Source of the DNA: Amoebophrya sp. A120 | Lineage: Eukaryota > Protista > Dinoflagellata | DNA: 64,000 bases | Direction of reading: 5' to 3' | Assembly (NCBI GenBank): GCA_905178155.1 | Contig: CAJINV010000008.1 | Coordinates: 3,336,013-3,400,012, forward strand | Part shown: in pieces, positions 62,605 to 64,000 of the stretch | Layout: each line of letters starts with the position of its first letter | Numbering within the stretch: position 1 is the stretch's first letter | Notes under the pieces: generated by a model | The model's input: the letters and a program-made list of their open reading frames with translations, nothing else | The model's database searches: none | Told to the model about the DNA's origin: nothing | Position numbers and translations under genes: made by a program

Positions 62605-64000
62605 CGGTTCTTGGGGAACGAAGCTATGTATGAGCTGCGAGAAAAATTTGCCCTAGAAAAATTCCGCGCACAGATTTTCCTCTTCGTGTTGCCCCTTCTG
62701 GGCGGGTACGTTGATCTCTCGTCTAGAGCCGGACTCTACTAACCCTACAACCTTGGAAACTACTTTCGATTTACTTCTGCAGCTACTTATTGGAAGGGAG
62801 AAGCACTCTAGGGATTCAGACCTGGTTGCAAAAAAGTTCGGATCTTTCGGCTTACCGGATTCTGGAACAGCGGTATTTAGTTTCATCAATCGCGTTTACC
62901 GCACGTACTTCGATCGCGTAGCTTCGGATAGCAAAAAACTTCAACAAAGAAACAAAACGGCGATCTTGAATCTACACGCAGAAAACAAACAGGCCACGCG
63001 GCAGAGAATACAAATCAGCGCTGTTCTGCGGGGAAGAGCGGAACACATGGCGCGAACCGCGAGTGTGCATATAGCCCGAGCGCCGCCACTACAGAAAATG
63101 CTGCGCCGCTCCGGCCGGCCCGTTTTATTATGTCCGACGCGGCTAGCAGAATGGCACACCGTCTGGCCCTGATAAGAAGCAGCGCCCGGAGAGCGGGGCG
63201 AAGCGCAGTCGACCCTCGACTGAAGCACGAGAACCCGAACAGCGGCACCGAAGGCCGCACGAGGGGGGGTTGGCACCGAAAACACGAAGACACCATCGCA
63301 GAGAACCCCCAACAAGCCTCAACCGAAGGTCGACCAAGCGACGAGCCGCTCTCCCGAGCTGCCAAAGTGTGTGCCGCGGGAGGACAGCGCAAGCACTGCT
63401 CCCGGCACACCTACGGTGTGCGCAAACTACCAACCAGCTGCGGCAATGGCACATGCCTGCATGACACACGAAGGAAAACAACACAGGCTACACAGCCGTA
63501 AACCGAATGGCCTGAACCTTTGACAGGCCCTGAAACAGAAACTGACCGGCAGGGCCCCCCGAAAGGGGCCAAAGGGAAGAGACAGTGACGCGCCCAGCGT
63601 CTTGCACTGATTGCTGGCGCGCGCTGACCACAGCCTGGCGCCATCACAGCAAACTAACCTAAAGCACGGACTGCAGTCGCATGCTGGAGACAGAGACAGC
63701 ATCTAGGACCGGATAAAGCCAGTAGCAAACGCCCTCAAACGTCTTCAAAGGCCAGAAAGTGCAGGTCGCGCAAGCGCCTCGCAGCACAAATGTCGTAGGC
63801 GCCCCACGAGACACAGCACGTGCTGGGTTGTAGCGCAAAACTGGCAACAGCGCCGGCACCTACGGCCGCCTGAAGACGCCTCCCACCGTTGCATGCCCCA
63901 AAATACGCAAGCGTGCGTGTTGTAGGCGAGGGCGCATAGAAAAAGCCAGGCGCGACCAGCGTGGCCTGCGAGCCTGTACGAACAACATGCCGACCCCAAA

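Overview
This is eukaryotic genomic DNA with about 12 multi-exon genes, all on the minus strand. Recognisable products are AMP deaminase, polyubiquitin, a THUMP/UPF0020-type RNA methyltransferase, a cytidine deaminase-like protein, a StrG-like Fe(II) oxygenase, a RING+ankyrin protein, a Pho88/SND3-like protein, and PDZ, EF-hand and coiled-coil proteins. The dominant signal is about 35 short (180-440 bp) MITE-like elements from several families, inserted in coding exons. They have terminal inverted repeats (TIRs) usually beginning TAT and ending ATA, a 5-bp flanking direct repeat (DR), and a shared internal GCATGACAA motif. Removing an element plus 5 nt restores the host reading frame, including conserved AMP deaminase, RING and ankyrin motifs. 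This holds in either element orientation, usually without GT-AG ends, and even when the DR has decayed. They look like transposon-derived non-canonical introns (introners). The picture matches my recollection of Amoebophrya (Syndiniales) genomes, but the taxon is inferred and splicing is deduced from DNA alone. Coordinates were counted by hand; DRs are quoted on the + strand.
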